Of a DNA stretch of 64,000 nucleotides, positions 38,172 through 53,659 are shown piece after piece. The notes beneath the pieces are model-generated. The model had not been told where the DNA came from. It saw only the letters and a list, made by a program, of their open reading frames with translations, and did not search any database. Every line of letters begins with the position of its first letter. Positions within the stretch are counted from its first letter, which is position 1. Origin of the DNA: Octopus sinensis (lineage: Eukaryota); assembly GCF_006345805.1 (NCBI RefSeq), contig NC_043000.1, positions 163,122,001 through 163,186,000 of the forward strand, read 5' to 3'. The position numbers and the translations under genes are program-made.

Positions 38172-39386
38172 ACTGTTGTTGCTGTTGTTATTGTTGTTGT
38201 CGTTTAGGCCTAGCTCAAACTTTATTGGTAAGACTTATGACTAGAGATATTCCAGTTATGGCGTGCTTTTTTAATGTCTAGCGTCCTACTTTTTTTCAAA
38301 TTCGGTACAGTGTGATTTGTCCGCTAACAACGTCCAGTGCTTGTTGTGGTGTGTGAGAGTTGTGTTCTTCAATAACCCCGAGAACAATTCCAGCGGAACG
38401 CATGCTCCTTGTAGAGCCTCCCCACACTAGACATATCAAAGGATAAAAATGCTCAAACTGGTAAGGACCATCTTTTCACAGAGCTTAAAGAATGGGTTTG
38501 CGTATGGTCAAACACCATTACCTAGGAAATAAGCGAAGTTACAGGAGAAGCATCGATGGCAATTGAAAGTCAATAAGACTTGGAAGAAGAGACAGCCTAG
38601 ACTCGAGAGCAGTCGTCAGTAGTCGCCCCTCCTATGGAGTGAAAGGTTAAATATGTAAGGTGTCATTTGAGGGAGTTTTACTGCTATTTTCAGTAGGTCG
38701 AGTGGTCGACCTGTTTGTGTTGTTAGAGTTCGTTTTGCTGTTTGCTGAGGCGGAAATCTGGGTAATGGTTATATCTTAATTAAAAAATTTCAAAGAGCTT
38801 AGTTTAAACGGTTGACACCTCTTGTTTTGTGACGGCTTAACAACCATCAAAACAAACAAACAAACAAAGTAATAGTTCAAACGGTTAACACCTGCCTCTT
38901 GCAGCGAGATCAACATTAAAACAAAACGACGAAGTAGAAATAAAAATATATGAAAGAAAAGAACTTAATCGCAGCGTGAATCAGTTAAATGGTCTGTTGA
39001 ACAAAAGATAATTAATATGTAAGGCGTAGCTTGTAGCTTGCTTGAAGCATTGTGACACAGAAGTAAAATAAATAACGAAAACAAGGAGATTCTAATTGTA
39101 CGAAAAGGGAAAGTCGAGTAACCTTAATATATTTTAAGCACAAAAGCGCATCTTCAGAAAGTGAACGGTTCAATGAAATGTCTGTTTGTATAGATACTGC
39201 TGTTAAGTGTTGTCCGCAGAATGATCAACATAGCAGGATCTACGTTAACTTACATTTCTTCAAGCAGTTTGATTAATTCTTATGATGAGTTTTTATGCCT
39301 GAAATATATATATATAAAAGTTACTAAACTTTCCCTTTTCGTAATGTTAGAAGATCTCTGTTTTCAAAATTTATCTTACTGATTGA

Positions 39387-39450
<64 letters not shown>

Positions 39451-39454
<4 letters not shown>

Positions 39455-40803
39455 GCGGTTGTTTAATACTTCTTTTATTTTTTAATAAGTTCTTTTTTTA
39501 ATCTAAAATATACTCTTCTTCATTTTCTTCAAGGCTCTTTCATCTATCTAGTTGACGAGGATGTCCTGCAAACCCTGGTGGAAGAAAATCCCATCATAAC
39601 TGCTGAAGTACTAGCAGAGAAGCTTGGATTTGATCATTCAACCATTCATCGATTCATCGACACCTGCGTGCCATCCAAAATTCACTTGTCCGTGACGAAA
39701 AATACTCCTCCACTACTGTTCTGACCTCGACTACAGAATTCATATTTTTTCCGTCCAAATGGTTTTGAAGACTGCGGAATAAATGACAATCAGATGGGGC
39801 AATGTCCGGCGAATATGGTGGGTGGGTCATCGTTTCCCATTTAAACTGCTCCAACCTTTTGAATGTCATCCTTGCTGTTTGTGGCTGAGCGTTATCCAGA
39901 TGGAAGAACACCTTTCGTCTTGAAACCAAAGATGGTCATTTTTCTTCTGACTTGAGCCGCTCGAGCTGCTCGCAGTAGATCTCCTTTGTTATCGCTTGGT
40001 TGGGGTTTAAAAGTTTTCAGTGGACTAAACCCATCATATACCACCAAACAAATAACAACACCTTACGTGGGTGAAGAGCTTCTTTACCCTGGGGTACGGG
40101 TGTTTGTTCTTTCCCTTCCTACTGTCTTCGGCGCTTGATGTTTTTATAGAGAACCCCTCTCTCGTCACCAGTCACTAATCAGTCCAAGAAAGGTTAATTC
40201 CTGATAGGTGGCAGCAAAGAAGGACACACATTCACTCTCTGCACGCGATTAGACTCGGAAAGTTTGTGAGGAACCCATTGACCCAATTTTCTGACTTTTC
40301 CGATGGCACGCAGGTGTCGATGAATCGATGAATGGTCGAATGCCCAAATCCAAGCTTCTCTGCTAGTACCTCAGCAGTTACGATGGGATTTTTTTCCAAC
40401 AGGGTTTGCAGGACATCCTCGTCAAGCTCTACAGATCTTCCAGAACAAGGCTCGTTTTCTAGGGTGTAGTTTCTGGCTCGGAAATTCTGGAACCACGGTT
40501 GACACTGGCTTACGCTTATTGTCCGATCCTCATATACTGCATTAATATTCCCTGCACTTTCCATTGCGTTTTTGCCTTAATTGAACTCATTAAAAAAATA
40601 TGCCGAATATGCTCTTTGACACTTGCATTCTAGCTTTGAAAAACTATTAAAATGGAACTGCATTCTTCGGAACTTGCACTAAGAATAAATACAAGGTAAA
40701 ATTCTTACCTGCTTTTATATAGTAAGTTGATGCAGGTAGTTTATCCTGTCCCACTCCGACTTTGTGCCTGCAATTGAAAACACCGCATTATTTATGGGAT
40801 GAC

Positions 40804-40810
<7 letters not shown>
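39451..40810 (-). mobile_element. Near full-length decayed mariner (DD34D) transposon
   Basis: TIR tatattgggtcatcccataaataatgcgg at the right end and a partial taatgcgg at the left. Motifs VTGDE, LHP.K, HLDNA.P, HPPYSPDIAPSD.HLF and a C-terminal EYILD*. Confidence 0.92.
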
Positions 40811-40860
<50 letters not shown>

Positions 40861-42659
40861 AGAAATTGGTTACCCTCGATGTTATCAATCTTTACACCAA
40901 CATCCCACATGACTATGGAATAATGTATATATATGTACCTATATATGCATATTCTAGCAGCTAAGCCCGGTTTCACCCGGTCTATTTGGATGATGTGGCT
41001 GTGATCGTTTTCGGTTAAGCATTATCTATAACAGCGTTTCTCAACCGTATCATTTCGGGTCCCCTGTTTCGATTGGAGCCTCCAGCTGTATGAACATTTC
41101 TACCCCTCCCCTCTGTCAGATAACAGCTTCAGGAGTTGTGAAGAAAGAATTTGTACGTAGTCTGTTTCTGAGAACTATTCTATTGGACCTCTGTCTAATC
41201 ACGTGTTTTAAGGTATACACACATACATAGAAAATGTGAGGTCATGGTAGAAAATGTTTACGATAGTTGATTTATGGAAAAGATTATGTGAAATTTTTGA
41301 AATACAAATCTGTGAATGAAAATGAAATTCAGACGTCGCCATGGTAGGTACACCTGGTAGAAATAGCAGCGTATTCTCCCTCAAAACACCCTAGTGTATT
41401 AATTCGACAATTTTGCGTATTATGTAGTTTGAATGAGAAACTGTAACTAAAGATGAAGATAATTAACCCCACAAAGAGGTGAAAGAAGAGAGACAGCATA
41501 ACGCAAGTTTTGGTTGACTGTCATCCTGTAGTCCACTTGTTGCTAGAGGAATGGTATATAGCGGCTGTGTGAGCAACTGGTTGTTTTAATGAGAGAAGAA
41601 AGAGGGGGAGAAGTTTTAATCGATTTTCTCGGTAAGTATTGGTGCTAGGAAAAAATAGAAGAGGCATTAAGAAGCTGGCGTTAAGAATTGCTTTAACAGT
41701 TAGAAAATGTTTGACATTTCAATCATCACCAAAAAATGAAGCTGTGAGAATTACGGGGAAATTGTATGAAAGAAGTAAAGCAGAAATGATTTTTAACTGT
41801 ACTGCCAAGGTTCTGCAACTTAATAGCAGACTATCCAATTTTAAAAAAGTGAACATAAAAGGTAAAGTGGAGAAGTATGGAAGAAGTCATTGTTATTCGC
41901 TTATCGAAAAAATAGACACGTACCTTTTCAGAGAAGAAAATGTCGGTGAGAGCTATTGTATTGGTCTTCTGTGTAATGAGAGGGCAGAAATTGAAATAGA
42001 TAGAGAAATGGACGCGTGTGTGTGTGTGTTTTCCGGCTAATTTGGCGGGATTTTTGTAGTCAGCACGAGGTGGTTTGTGTTTATCTCTGGAGGGGTGGAA
42101 AGGGGGTCGTTTGAAGTCGTCGTGGAAGCGAAAGAGACAGATAGTCGATAGGTCTGGATATGACTACAATTTTCGACACATACGCTTTAGCACCCATTTT
42201 TGGTGATTCTGAGATCATCGCATCTCTTAGTCGGACTGGGATGGTTTCTGTGAGGTGGAGATGATGTTTTATTAAACGTTTTGATAGGCAGACAACAGCA
42301 GACAAAGACAGTTGTCGACTCTCTAATACTCATTTATTCTAGCATGTCAAAGACTGAATCCACCAGTTTGAGCTGATGAGAATAACTGGGGATCAAACGC
42401 TCAAAAATGTGCTTTCAGCAAGTTTTGAAGTGAGCAGAAAATAGAAATGAAGAGATACTCCTCTCTCTCTCTCTCTCCTCTCTTTCACTCGCTCTAGAAG
42501 TCATTTACCGTAAGCGAGTCAAGGACCTTCTGCGACTCGCCCTGGATCTCGACAACGGTATTAAAACGGCGACCTTTAATCTGCATTTTAATCTTGGGGA
42601 AGGGATGGAAGACCGCAGGTGCTAAATTTGGCGATTAAGGCGGATGCAGAAACGATACC

Positions 42660-44223
42660 ATGTTGTTTAAGGAAGAAACTCACGAGTGAGGAGAGCTCGG
42701 CGATAGGGTGCATTTTCGTCGTGAAGAATTCCATTCTTTGAGTTCCACAGATCCGGTCGCTTCCGCCGAATGTCCTCCTTCAAACGCTTCAAAAAGTTGC
42801 AGTAGAACTCTCAAATGACGGCCTGGCTCGGGGGGTGGGGGCAATTCTCGATGCACAATACCACAGATGTCGAAAAAAAAAAAAACGATGAGCATGCTCT
42901 TGATTGAGCTGCGGATCTTCTTCGGTCGTGGCGATGAAGAGCTCTGCCACTGTGACGACTGCTGCTTCGTCTCAACGTCGTACCCGTAGACCCAACTCTC
43001 GTCACGGTAATCTTGAGAGACGTCGATGCGGTATTCTTTTTGCTCGGTGGTCAGCAGACGGGGGGACAAACTTGGCAGAGAAATGCCACATGTTCAATTC
43101 AGGCGTTAGGATTGCCTGCATAGACCTATGCGACAGACCAACAACATTAGAAATGTCGTTGATTGTCCTCCGACGATCTTCACGTATAAGCTGATGAATT
43201 TTCACATTTCCGGGGATGTCGCTCGTAGCAGCTCTTCCAGATACCTCATCGTCTTCCAGGAACGTTCTTCCGCTTCTGAAGCGCCCGTGCCACTCGAAAC
43301 ACTGCGTACAACCCGTTGCCTCGTCGCCGTAAGCTTGCCGAAGCATGCTCAATGTCTCTGTTGCATACTTTCAAATCTAACGCAAAATTACACGTTGGCT
43401 CTTTGTTCCAGTTTCGCATTCATGACGAAATCGCAGACTACGGCATACACGTGATCACAGATACACAAGTTTCACAACTTGAGAAGTAAACGCAGCGATA
43501 TCACTTGACACAAATACCTCATGGAGGTCACTGCGCTCGCAACCGTGTGCTGCCATCTGTTGGCGTGCTACAGAACTAGTCAAGGCGGCAAGCTAGCAGA
43601 ATCGTTAGCACGCCAGGCGAAATGCTTAGCGGTATTTCGTCTGCGTTACGTTGTGAGTTCAAATTCCGCCGAGGTCGACTTTGCCTTTCATCCTTTCGGG
43701 GTCGATAAATTAAGTACCAGTTACGCACTGGGGTCGATGTAATCGACTTAATACCTATGTCTGTCCTTGTTTGTCCCCTCTGTGTTTAGCCCCTAGTGGG
43801 TAATAAAGAAATAGAAATAGGTATTTCGTCTGCCGTTACGTTCTGAGTCCAAATTCTGCCGAAGTCGACTTTGCCTTTCATCCTTTCTGGGTCGATTAAA
43901 TAAGTACCAGTTACGCACTGAGGTCGATGTAATCGACTTAATCCGTTTGCCTGTCCTTGTTTGTCCTCTCTGTGTTTAGCTATTTGTGGGTAGTAAAGAA
44001 ATAGGTATTTCGTCTGCCGTTACGTTCTGAGTTCAAATTCCGCCGAGGTCGACTTTGCCTTTCATCCTTTCTGGGTCGATTAAATAAGTACCAGTTATGC
44101 ACTGGGGTCGATATAATCTACTTAATCCGTTTGTCTGTCCTTGTTTGTCTCCTCTGTGTGTAGGTCCTTGTGAGCAATAAAGAAATAAGAACTAGTCAAG
44201 GAACTTTTTGATACTACCACGTA
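42660..44223 (-). mobile_element. 3'-truncated mariner transposon whose 5' TIR region is split by a SINE trimer
   Basis: Motifs QAYGDE...FEWHGRFRSGR, FSAKFVP, DESWVYGYDVETKQQSSQW and FFDICGIVH. TIR end TAcgtggtagtatcaaaaagttcc at 44200-44223. Confidence 0.88.
43584..44187 (+). mobile_element. SINE B trimer (one full unit plus two head-less units) flanked by one 12-14-bp target-site duplication
   Basis: TSD agaactagtcaa(gg) at 43572-43585 and 44188-44201. Unit junctions at 43819/43820 and 44003/44004. Confidence 0.92.
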
Positions 44224-44256
44224 TCTTTGTACGTGTATGTATGTGTGTGTGTGTGT

Positions 44257-44333
<77 letters not shown>

Positions 44334-44694
44334 TTTTTCTTTGAGATTTATTTAAGTTCTTCTAGGGAGAGAGTTCGAGCTGGTCGACAAGCGACAAGAA
44401 TTTTTGAATTTAGAAATTTCCGGAGTTCGTAAGTCTGTAGTTGAGTTAGTGTGATGGTCGAACTGTTAATGCTTACACTCTAAGTGTGTGCAGCCATTCA
44501 CATAAGAATCTCAGATGGATAATTTTGGAATGTCTTACAAATCTTCACTGCATCACTAATAGATTGGATTTGGAGAACCCGCCTCAAGTTCTTTCGCTCT
44601 TTCTCCGTGAGGCAGAGTATACCTAGGTTTTTGTGCAAAATTGTATGTAGGTAGGATACAGAGAAAACTAGTTAGGTTAGAGGAAAACATGAAC

Positions 44695-44824
<130 letters not shown>

Positions 44825-45785
44825 TGGGGAGAAGGCAGACAGACAGACAGACAGAATGGCAAACAAAGGATGGAAAGAAGTAGTGAAGAGTGAGCGGGAT
44901 TTATGTAACGAAACGTGCTAATGAAGAGGATGTTTGTACGATAGAGGAAAGAGAGAGCGGGGGGAGAGAGGGAGGGAGAAAGAAAGAAGGGGTGAGTTGG
45001 GGATTAGATAAGAAAAGGGGCGAAAAGTGGGCGGGTTTTATGTGAAAAGGAAAAAGAAAAAATGTAACCATAAAGTAAGGGTGAGGTGTGAATATTTGTT
45101 TGAAAGAGAGAGAGAGAGGGAGAGAGAGAGAGAGGAAAAGAGAGAGAGTGAGAGAGAGAGAGAGAGTAAATGATTAGATAAGAAAAAAGGGATGAAAAGA
45201 GGGCGGGGCTTGAGTGAGGAAAGATAACAAGAAAAATACCCTGATACAGTGCAATGAAAAGAGGTGAAGTGTGAGTGAGTGATAGAAAAAAAGAGAGAGA
45301 ACGGGGAGAGAGAGAGAGAGAGGAATGAGCCCTTTAAGCGTGAATCTGGTGTTTGCGAGGGTAAGATTGCGAGTGACTTTGGCGGGTGGGTGAGTGAGTA
45401 TGTTCGTATGTGTGTGTGTTGTGTGTAGAAAGACGAAGAAGGATTAAAAGTGTGTCTGCGAGAATAGGGGATAAATATTGAGGTTGCATTTGTGTGTGAA
45501 TATTATAAATGAATGTGATATGAAGGCAATATGAGAGTTGCATGCATGCATGTATGTATGTATGTATGTAATGTTTGCTGTATGTATGCTGTATGTATGT
45601 ATATGTATAGGTGTGTGTGTGAATGTAAGTAATAGTAATATTGTTATAAAGAGACACTTGAAAAAATATCACACACACACACACACACACACACAGATAC
45701 ATAGATACATACATACCTACGTACGTACATACATATATAGACATAAATATATACATATGTATACATATACATACATAGACATACA

Positions 45786-45859
<74 letters not shown>

Positions 45860-46559
45860 TACACATACATTTGTTTCAAAGATTAAACAGAAGCACGACA
45901 AAGAATGAAGGGGAAATTCACGCAAAAGACATAAAACAAGATCTTTCCTCGTCAGTTATCGTCCCAAAAAATCATTATAATTTCACGCCTTTAACGATAA
46001 TATTGTTCACTTTTAGCGACGTCAACATCGAAAAGCTGATGGGAATAGTGAGCGAAAGTTGAAGACAGTGAGGAAAAGAACACGGCACGTAAATGTGAAT
46101 ACACAAACAAAAATTTATATATTAATATAAATTCAATCTGTCTTCGGACACAACGTTAATTTAGCAATGAGACGGTCACAGAAATACCTATTGTCAAGTA
46201 GGATTTCGCCGGCAGAAGTGCAAAACATTTGAAGGAAACAGATTTGCTGTACATAAAACCTTACCATATCAACAAAATGAATATTAAATAAATTAATTAA
46301 ATAAATAAATTAACATTAATTCATGGAAATGAACTTTTATAGTAATAATATTGATAGATACCATCGTATTTATTCTGGAAAATATATTTTTTTTATTTTG
46401 CTAAGTGATTAGTTGGAAGAAGAAAAAAATCTGGCATAAAGTTATAATTCATTCTACAGCAGGAATACTCAGCCACTTGCACGTTAATTTCACGTGTAAG
46501 CTGTTCTGGTGATCGGATCAACTGGAACCTTCATCGTCGTAACCGACGGAGTGCAACTT

Positions 46560-46992
46560 GTTCCAGTTATTGAAATGCGGCCATGCCGGGGCACCGCCTT
46601 GAAGAATTTTAGTCGAACGAATCAACACCAATACTTTTATTTTTAAGCCTGGTACTTATTCTATCGATCTCTTTTTCCAAACCGCTAAGCTGCGGGGACG
46701 TAAACACTATAACACCGGTTGTCATGCGATGGTGAAGGAGCAAATGCAGGCACAAAGACACACACACATAATATATGCGTATATATATAGGCGGTGCTCC
46801 AACATGGCTGCAGTCGAATGACTAAAACAAGTAAAAGAATATGTATACGATGGGCTTCTTTCTGTTTCCGTCTACCAAATCCACTCACAAGGCTTTGGTT
46901 GTAGGAGACACTTGCCCATGGTGCCACGCAATGGAACTGAAACCGGAACCATGTGGTTGGGAAGCGAACTTCTTACCACACAGCCACGCCTT
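46560..46992 (-). mobile_element. SINE family A modules (nested/rearranged)
   Basis: Reverse complements of the 5' module (46850-46992) and 3' module pieces (~46560-46840). Confidence 0.75.
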
Positions 46993-47639
46993 CGCCATAT
47001 ATGTGTGTTTAAACGTTTCGGATTTCTCCGCGCGTCACTGGATTCTGTGTGACGGTGTACATAAACGGCAGCACACGGAAACAATTCTCTTTGCAGTTCT
47101 TTTGGTATATGTTTTCGGTGACTATAAACTTCTAAGTAAACTTTACTAGCAAGAAGCACGTAGCATTTTTCGTAAGTAGCTATAAGCTGCCACCTCCTTC
47201 TATTGAATGGGACTCAAGTAGACACAGTTTATAAGACAGCATTAACCAAACGTTGTCCACTTGAATCGTTTAAGATTAGTACTGTAGAGAGTCCTAAAGT
47301 TCAACTACACGGTCTATTTACACTATCTGAATTTATACCTATTAAACATATATGTGGATGCTTATTCGCAGTTTATTCGAAGTGCTGGGCGGGTGACAAA
47401 GAAAGTGATTCCAAGCAGAGGGATACCTGGTATCACAAAAGGAGGATGGAATATGTGCAGTTCTGCTCTCATATAATTACGGTGGCTGAAGAAATAGTGC
47501 CATAGTTAGAGGGATGAAGGTGAGGTGAATGTTATGATGATGAGTTGTGGAGAAGAACTGTCATGAGTGTGAAAGAAAAGACATTTAAAGATATATTGTT
47601 AGGACCTTCTTTTCCTGATATGAAGGAATCTTCACGAGT

Positions 47640-48010
47640 AGGATGAATCGCCTATCATCTCGGTTCTTTGTCACGTCTTGTGAGGCTCAAAAATCTGAGC
47701 TCAGTCTTCATTATTACATCTCATGTCTTCCTGGGTCTCCCTCTTCTACAAATTCCATTTGCATCTAGCGATCGGCACTTCTTTATACAGCTGTCCTTAC
47801 CTATATGCATCGCATGGCCTTATCAGCGCAGGCTTCTCTCTAGCACACTTCATCGGCATCTCTTATGTCTAAATTTTCTCTCAACACATATTCACTTTGT
47901 CGTACTGGCGTATTGACGCTACACAACAAGCAGAGCATACCAGTTTCATTGCTTTCCTGTCTTCGCATCTCCTCTGCATTCATGACCGACAAGTTTTTGA
48001 GTAAAATGCA
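47640..48010 (-). pseudogene. Decayed RTE-clade LINE ORF2 C-terminal fragment
   Basis: EEMRRQESNETGMLCLLCSVNTPVRQSEYVLRENLDIR, followed by a degenerate G...RGRPRKT-like stretch. Confidence 0.6.
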
Positions 48011-48198
48011 CTTTTCAAAGTCAGCGAAGTTCCGGTCTAAAAGGATGAACAAATAATCACAACAAAGCGGAACGAGAAAAAGGAAATGAAATCAAAAAAA
48101 CTAAGATCCCTGTCCTCCCCGAATGCAGAAAGCTGATTAAATACGACTGGTATAAAACAAAATAACAGAAAATATGTCCAAGTCTGCGAGACAACAAC

Positions 48199-48444
48199 TC
48201 AATCCGGAGCGGGAGGTGCTCTCCAATTCGATGAAGGAAACCTGTCCATGTGTTTACACCTGCTAAAAATTTCAGATCTAGAATTAAGCAGTGTGTTAGA
48301 ACTGCTGGATCTAAGAAGAATATGAAATCTTTCTGTTACGCATAAGTTGCATTTCTTAGATCCATTAACATATGACTTAGATTTCTCCACTATTCTCCAC
48401 TGAATTTCATGTGGTGCGGTGCTGCGCTTTAAATTCCATACGTG
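48199..48444 (-). pseudogene. Penelope-like element C-terminus (GIY-YIG distal part), cut by the assembly gap
   Basis: VWNLK...IQWRIV...Y.NGSKKCNLC.TE...I......LLNSRSEIFSRCKH matches the PLE CxxC...LN.R.E...C.H pattern. Confidence 0.75.
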
Positions 48445-48544
48445 NNNNNNNNNNNNNNNNNNNNNNNNNNNNNNNNNNNNNNNNNNNNNNNNNNNNNNNN
48501 NNNNNNNNNNNNNNNNNNNNNNNNNNNNNNNNNNNNNNNNNNNN
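48445..48544. other. Assembly gap (100 N)
   Basis: Direct reading. Confidence 1.
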
Positions 48545-49645
48545 GTATGTATGTATGTATGCATGCCATGTATGTATGTATGTATGTATGTATGATATGT
48601 ATGTATGATGGATGTTGAGCATGCATGCATGCATGTACGTAAACATATGAGGCTTGATAATATTTGGGACAAAAATGAAAAGTCAGGTAGAATCACAGGT
48701 AAACATTTCTTCCAAAATCATTGACAAAAGAGAAAGTCTACGGACAACTTCGAAACTTAAACATCTCAACTAACATTATAAATTCACATTTATACTTATA
48801 ATTACTGAGAGAGTTTTCAAGGCTAAGGAAGTGTCCAGCTAATACGCACTTCGCATGTATAATCCGCAAGACAAGCAATTAAAAATTATATACGCAAGAC
48901 TTCTCTTTTCAGCATACAATGTTTGTTATATCTTCTAAATTGTAGCGAGAGAGCTTTGTTTCTCTATATTTTTTCCTTCTTTTTTTTTAGTGTGTTTACT
49001 TGAAATCGGGCTCCTTAATGGGAAGAATTTAAATGTTTTGTTTTAGAGTGAGATACTTAAATGTAAAAACAAACGTACACACGCCACCCTTTAAGAAATG
49101 AGGAAAATCAAAACTGCATCTACCGTGACAACATACAAAAGAAACCTACAGCTGCTGCTGCTGCTGCTGCTGCTGCTACTACTACTACTACTACTACTAC
49201 TACTAATTTAATAATAAATCGTAAGCTTATTAATTTTTTTTTAGAAAAAGATGGTAATAACCTAAACAGACAGCTTTCCTCGAATGCCAAGTAAACCTCC
49301 GACGTTAGTAAACAAGTCGAAGGGATTTGAGAAGTGAAGCATAAGTTTTAGAAATAAAAAAAAGATTAGATAAAAGGGCAAACATGAGAGAATGGAGAAA
49401 GTGTGAAAGATGGTGGATGAGGTGTGCAGAGAGAGAAATGCAGGAAAGAGAAGCGACAGAAAATTAGAAAGAGAGAGAAGGAGAGAAAATAATAGCGAGC
49501 ACGTTTTGGTTTTATTTCCCCCACTTTTAATCATTACAAGTTTACAATTAGGGATAATGAAAAGTCGTATCGTTTCATTTGTTACCATTTCTTCGGCCGA
49601 ACAACACAGCTTTTCTCTTCACTGCATACCTGCTCGTCTGTCTGT

Positions 49646-49649
<4 letters not shown>

Positions 49650-49708
<59 letters not shown>

Positions 49709-49847
49709 GCTATCTATCAATCTTTTTTCTTTTACGATCCCTTTTGATCGAAAACCTACCCCTTTTTTTTCTCTCCCCAAAAAGAAAAGCTCTACTTTGT
49801 AACTTGTCCCCTCTGTGTTCAGCCTTGTGTGGCTAATAAAGAAACAC

Positions 49848-49922
<75 letters not shown>

Positions 49923-50062
49923 AGCTATCTATCAATCTTTTTTCTTTTACGATCCCTTTTGATCGAAAACCTACCCCTTTTTTTTCTCTCCCCAAAAAGA
50001 AAAGCTCTACTTTGTAACTTGTCCCCTCTGTGTTCAGCCTTGTGTGGCTAATAAAGAAACAC

Positions 50063-50150
<88 letters not shown>
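49650..50150. repeat. Tandem duplication of a (TCTA)n + ~130-bp unit, with a partial inverted copy at ~51006-51240
   Basis: atcaatcttttttcttttacgatcccttttgatcgaaaacctacccc...ctaataaagaaacac appears at ~49716-49847 and ~49930-50061. Confidence 0.9.
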
Positions 50151-50791
50151 GCTACCATTACAAGCACATCCATTACTATATGTATGCATGTATGTATGTA
50201 CGTTTATATGTATTCGTCTTCTATTTGTTAATTAGTATAAATCTCCCAGTGGTGTATGTATGTACAAGTGTGTGTATGAGTATATGTGTATGTGTGTATG
50301 TGTGTGTGTGTGTGTGTGTGTATGAGTATGTGTGTACGAGTGTGTGTGTGTGTGTGTGTGTGTGTGCATAAACACTGGCATGGCTATTTGAAAAAGAAGC
50401 ACACTTTGCAATCACGTGATTTCGGGTTCAGCACAACACTTTGGGCAAATATGTTCTATTATAGCCCCGGGCCTTGTGAGTGAATTTGGCAGACGGAAAC
50501 TGTGTGGAAGCTCGTTGTGTGTGAGAGAGAGAGATTGTTTCTCCTCTTACCAGTTGATAACCGGTTCTGGCTTGTTTACGTCCCCCTAACCTAGTGGTTT
50601 GGCAAAAGAGAGATAATAGAATAAATATCAGATCCTAAAAAATAGCAAGTATCAGGGTCGGTCTTATTCAACTAAATCTTCAGTGCAGTGCCCCAGCATG
50701 GCCGCTGTCCAATGACTGAAACAAATATAAAGTAAAATATGTGTATGTGTGTGTAACATTATACTTAAACTATGCTATTGTATATACCCAT

Positions 50792-51890
<1,099 letters not shown>

Positions 51891-53553
51891 AGCATGTATC
51901 ACGTTTTCGTAACTCTTGTGGAATAATAAAGAAATTAATAATTTCTGCCATCTTGAGTTGTCTTTCATTCGTATCGCCAGCTCAGTTCTGAACGACCTGA
52001 CTTTTCAGACAGTTTATCTAAGACTGCACTGTTTAATTTGGTCTTATGTTTGTTTCTCTGCTTGTTTAATCTTACTTGAGACAGTACGTGTAACTTGAGG
52101 GAGTTTCTGGCTGCTAATTTTGCAGCTTAAGATCTATCCTGTCTGATTATGTATTTGTCAATTACTAATGTGAATATTGAACTGCAGGTTGGTACCACAA
52201 TAAGAAACGAACGCTATGCATTAATAGTAGTTTTCTTTGTTATTATAGACTCTGCTCTCATTATCGTTGTTGTTGTTATTGTATTATTTATGCGCCCTTT
52301 TCAAGCCTATCCAGGCTCATGGACCCGGTTTCCCGGTTCCTGTGGCGTATGTGTTCCCCCCAGCTGGACAGGATGCCAGTCCGTCGCAGCGTTACTCAAG
52401 AAACAGGAAGAGAGAGAGTGAGAGAAAGTTGGGGCGAATGAGTACAACAGGGGTTGTCACCACCCCCTGCCGGAGGCTCGTGCAGCTTTTAGGTGTTTTC
52501 GCCCTAAACAAACACAACGCCCGGTCTGGGAATCGAAACCGCGATCCTCCGACCGCAAGTTCGCTGCCCTAACCACTGGGCCATTGCGCCTTTGTTGTTG
52601 TTGTTATTGTTGGTATCGTCGACGCCGTGTTATTGTTGTTGTTGTTGTCACCGTCGTGAGAGGAACCTAAAGTTAATTTAATAATTCTCCTCCATGGTTT
52701 GACAACTGCTGTTGGTTTGTTTACGTCCTGGTACTTAGCAGCGGTTTGACAAAAGAAAACGATGGAATAAGTGCCAGGTTTTAAAAGCAAATAAGTACTG
52801 GGGTAGATTCGCTTGGACTCAACCGTTCAAGACAGTGCTCCAGCATGGCCGCAGTCCAATAACTGAAACAAGTAAATGACACACTAAAAACAAAAAGAGA
52901 CAGAAGGCTTCACTAGCAATTTATATTTTTGACCTTAGAAGGATTTAAGATAAATCTGATCTCGGCGGTAGACGAACTCAGAACGTGAAGTGTTAGAATT
53001 TAACATCGGCAAGCATGGCATTTTGGTGTGACGCTCAAGAATTTCCATCTTTCTAATTTCTACTCCACAATTTTGAAGAATAAATATAGTCTTGAATTTA
53101 AACTTAAACTGGCGACGACGAGGGTTCAAGTTGATGCATTCAACGGAACAGCCTGCTCGTGGAATCAACGCTTGCTTTTAACGTAGTTCTCAAGGTGGTT
53201 CAGCGTGAAAAAAAGAATGTGACAAAGCCGGCCCTTTGAAATACAGGTACAACTCATTTTTGCCAACTGAGTGGACTGGGGCAACGTGAAATAAAGTGTC
53301 TTGCTCAAGGACACAACGCGTAGCCGGGAATTGAACTCTCGACCTTACGATCGTGAGCCGAATACCTTACCCACGGGCCTTCACACAGTTGGAGTACATC
53401 GACTTTATTACTTGAGTGGTATTCAGAGCTATAGGGACAACGAGGTGAAAGACAAGGGTTGTTTAGTCACTCCCGAAAAGTTTACAACTCCCCCTACTAC
53501 CCCAACCGAGTGTTTCTGCATAAACACACACACACACACACCACACACAACAC

Positions 53554-53593
<40 letters not shown>

Positions 53594-53659
53594 CATATAT
53601 ATATATATATATTATATATATTATATATATATAATATATATATAAATATATAAAAGATC

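Noticed and set aside
41639-42040. 133-aa ORF
   Set aside because: Non-ATG start, no recognisable motif or splice context; probably chance or decayed repeat.
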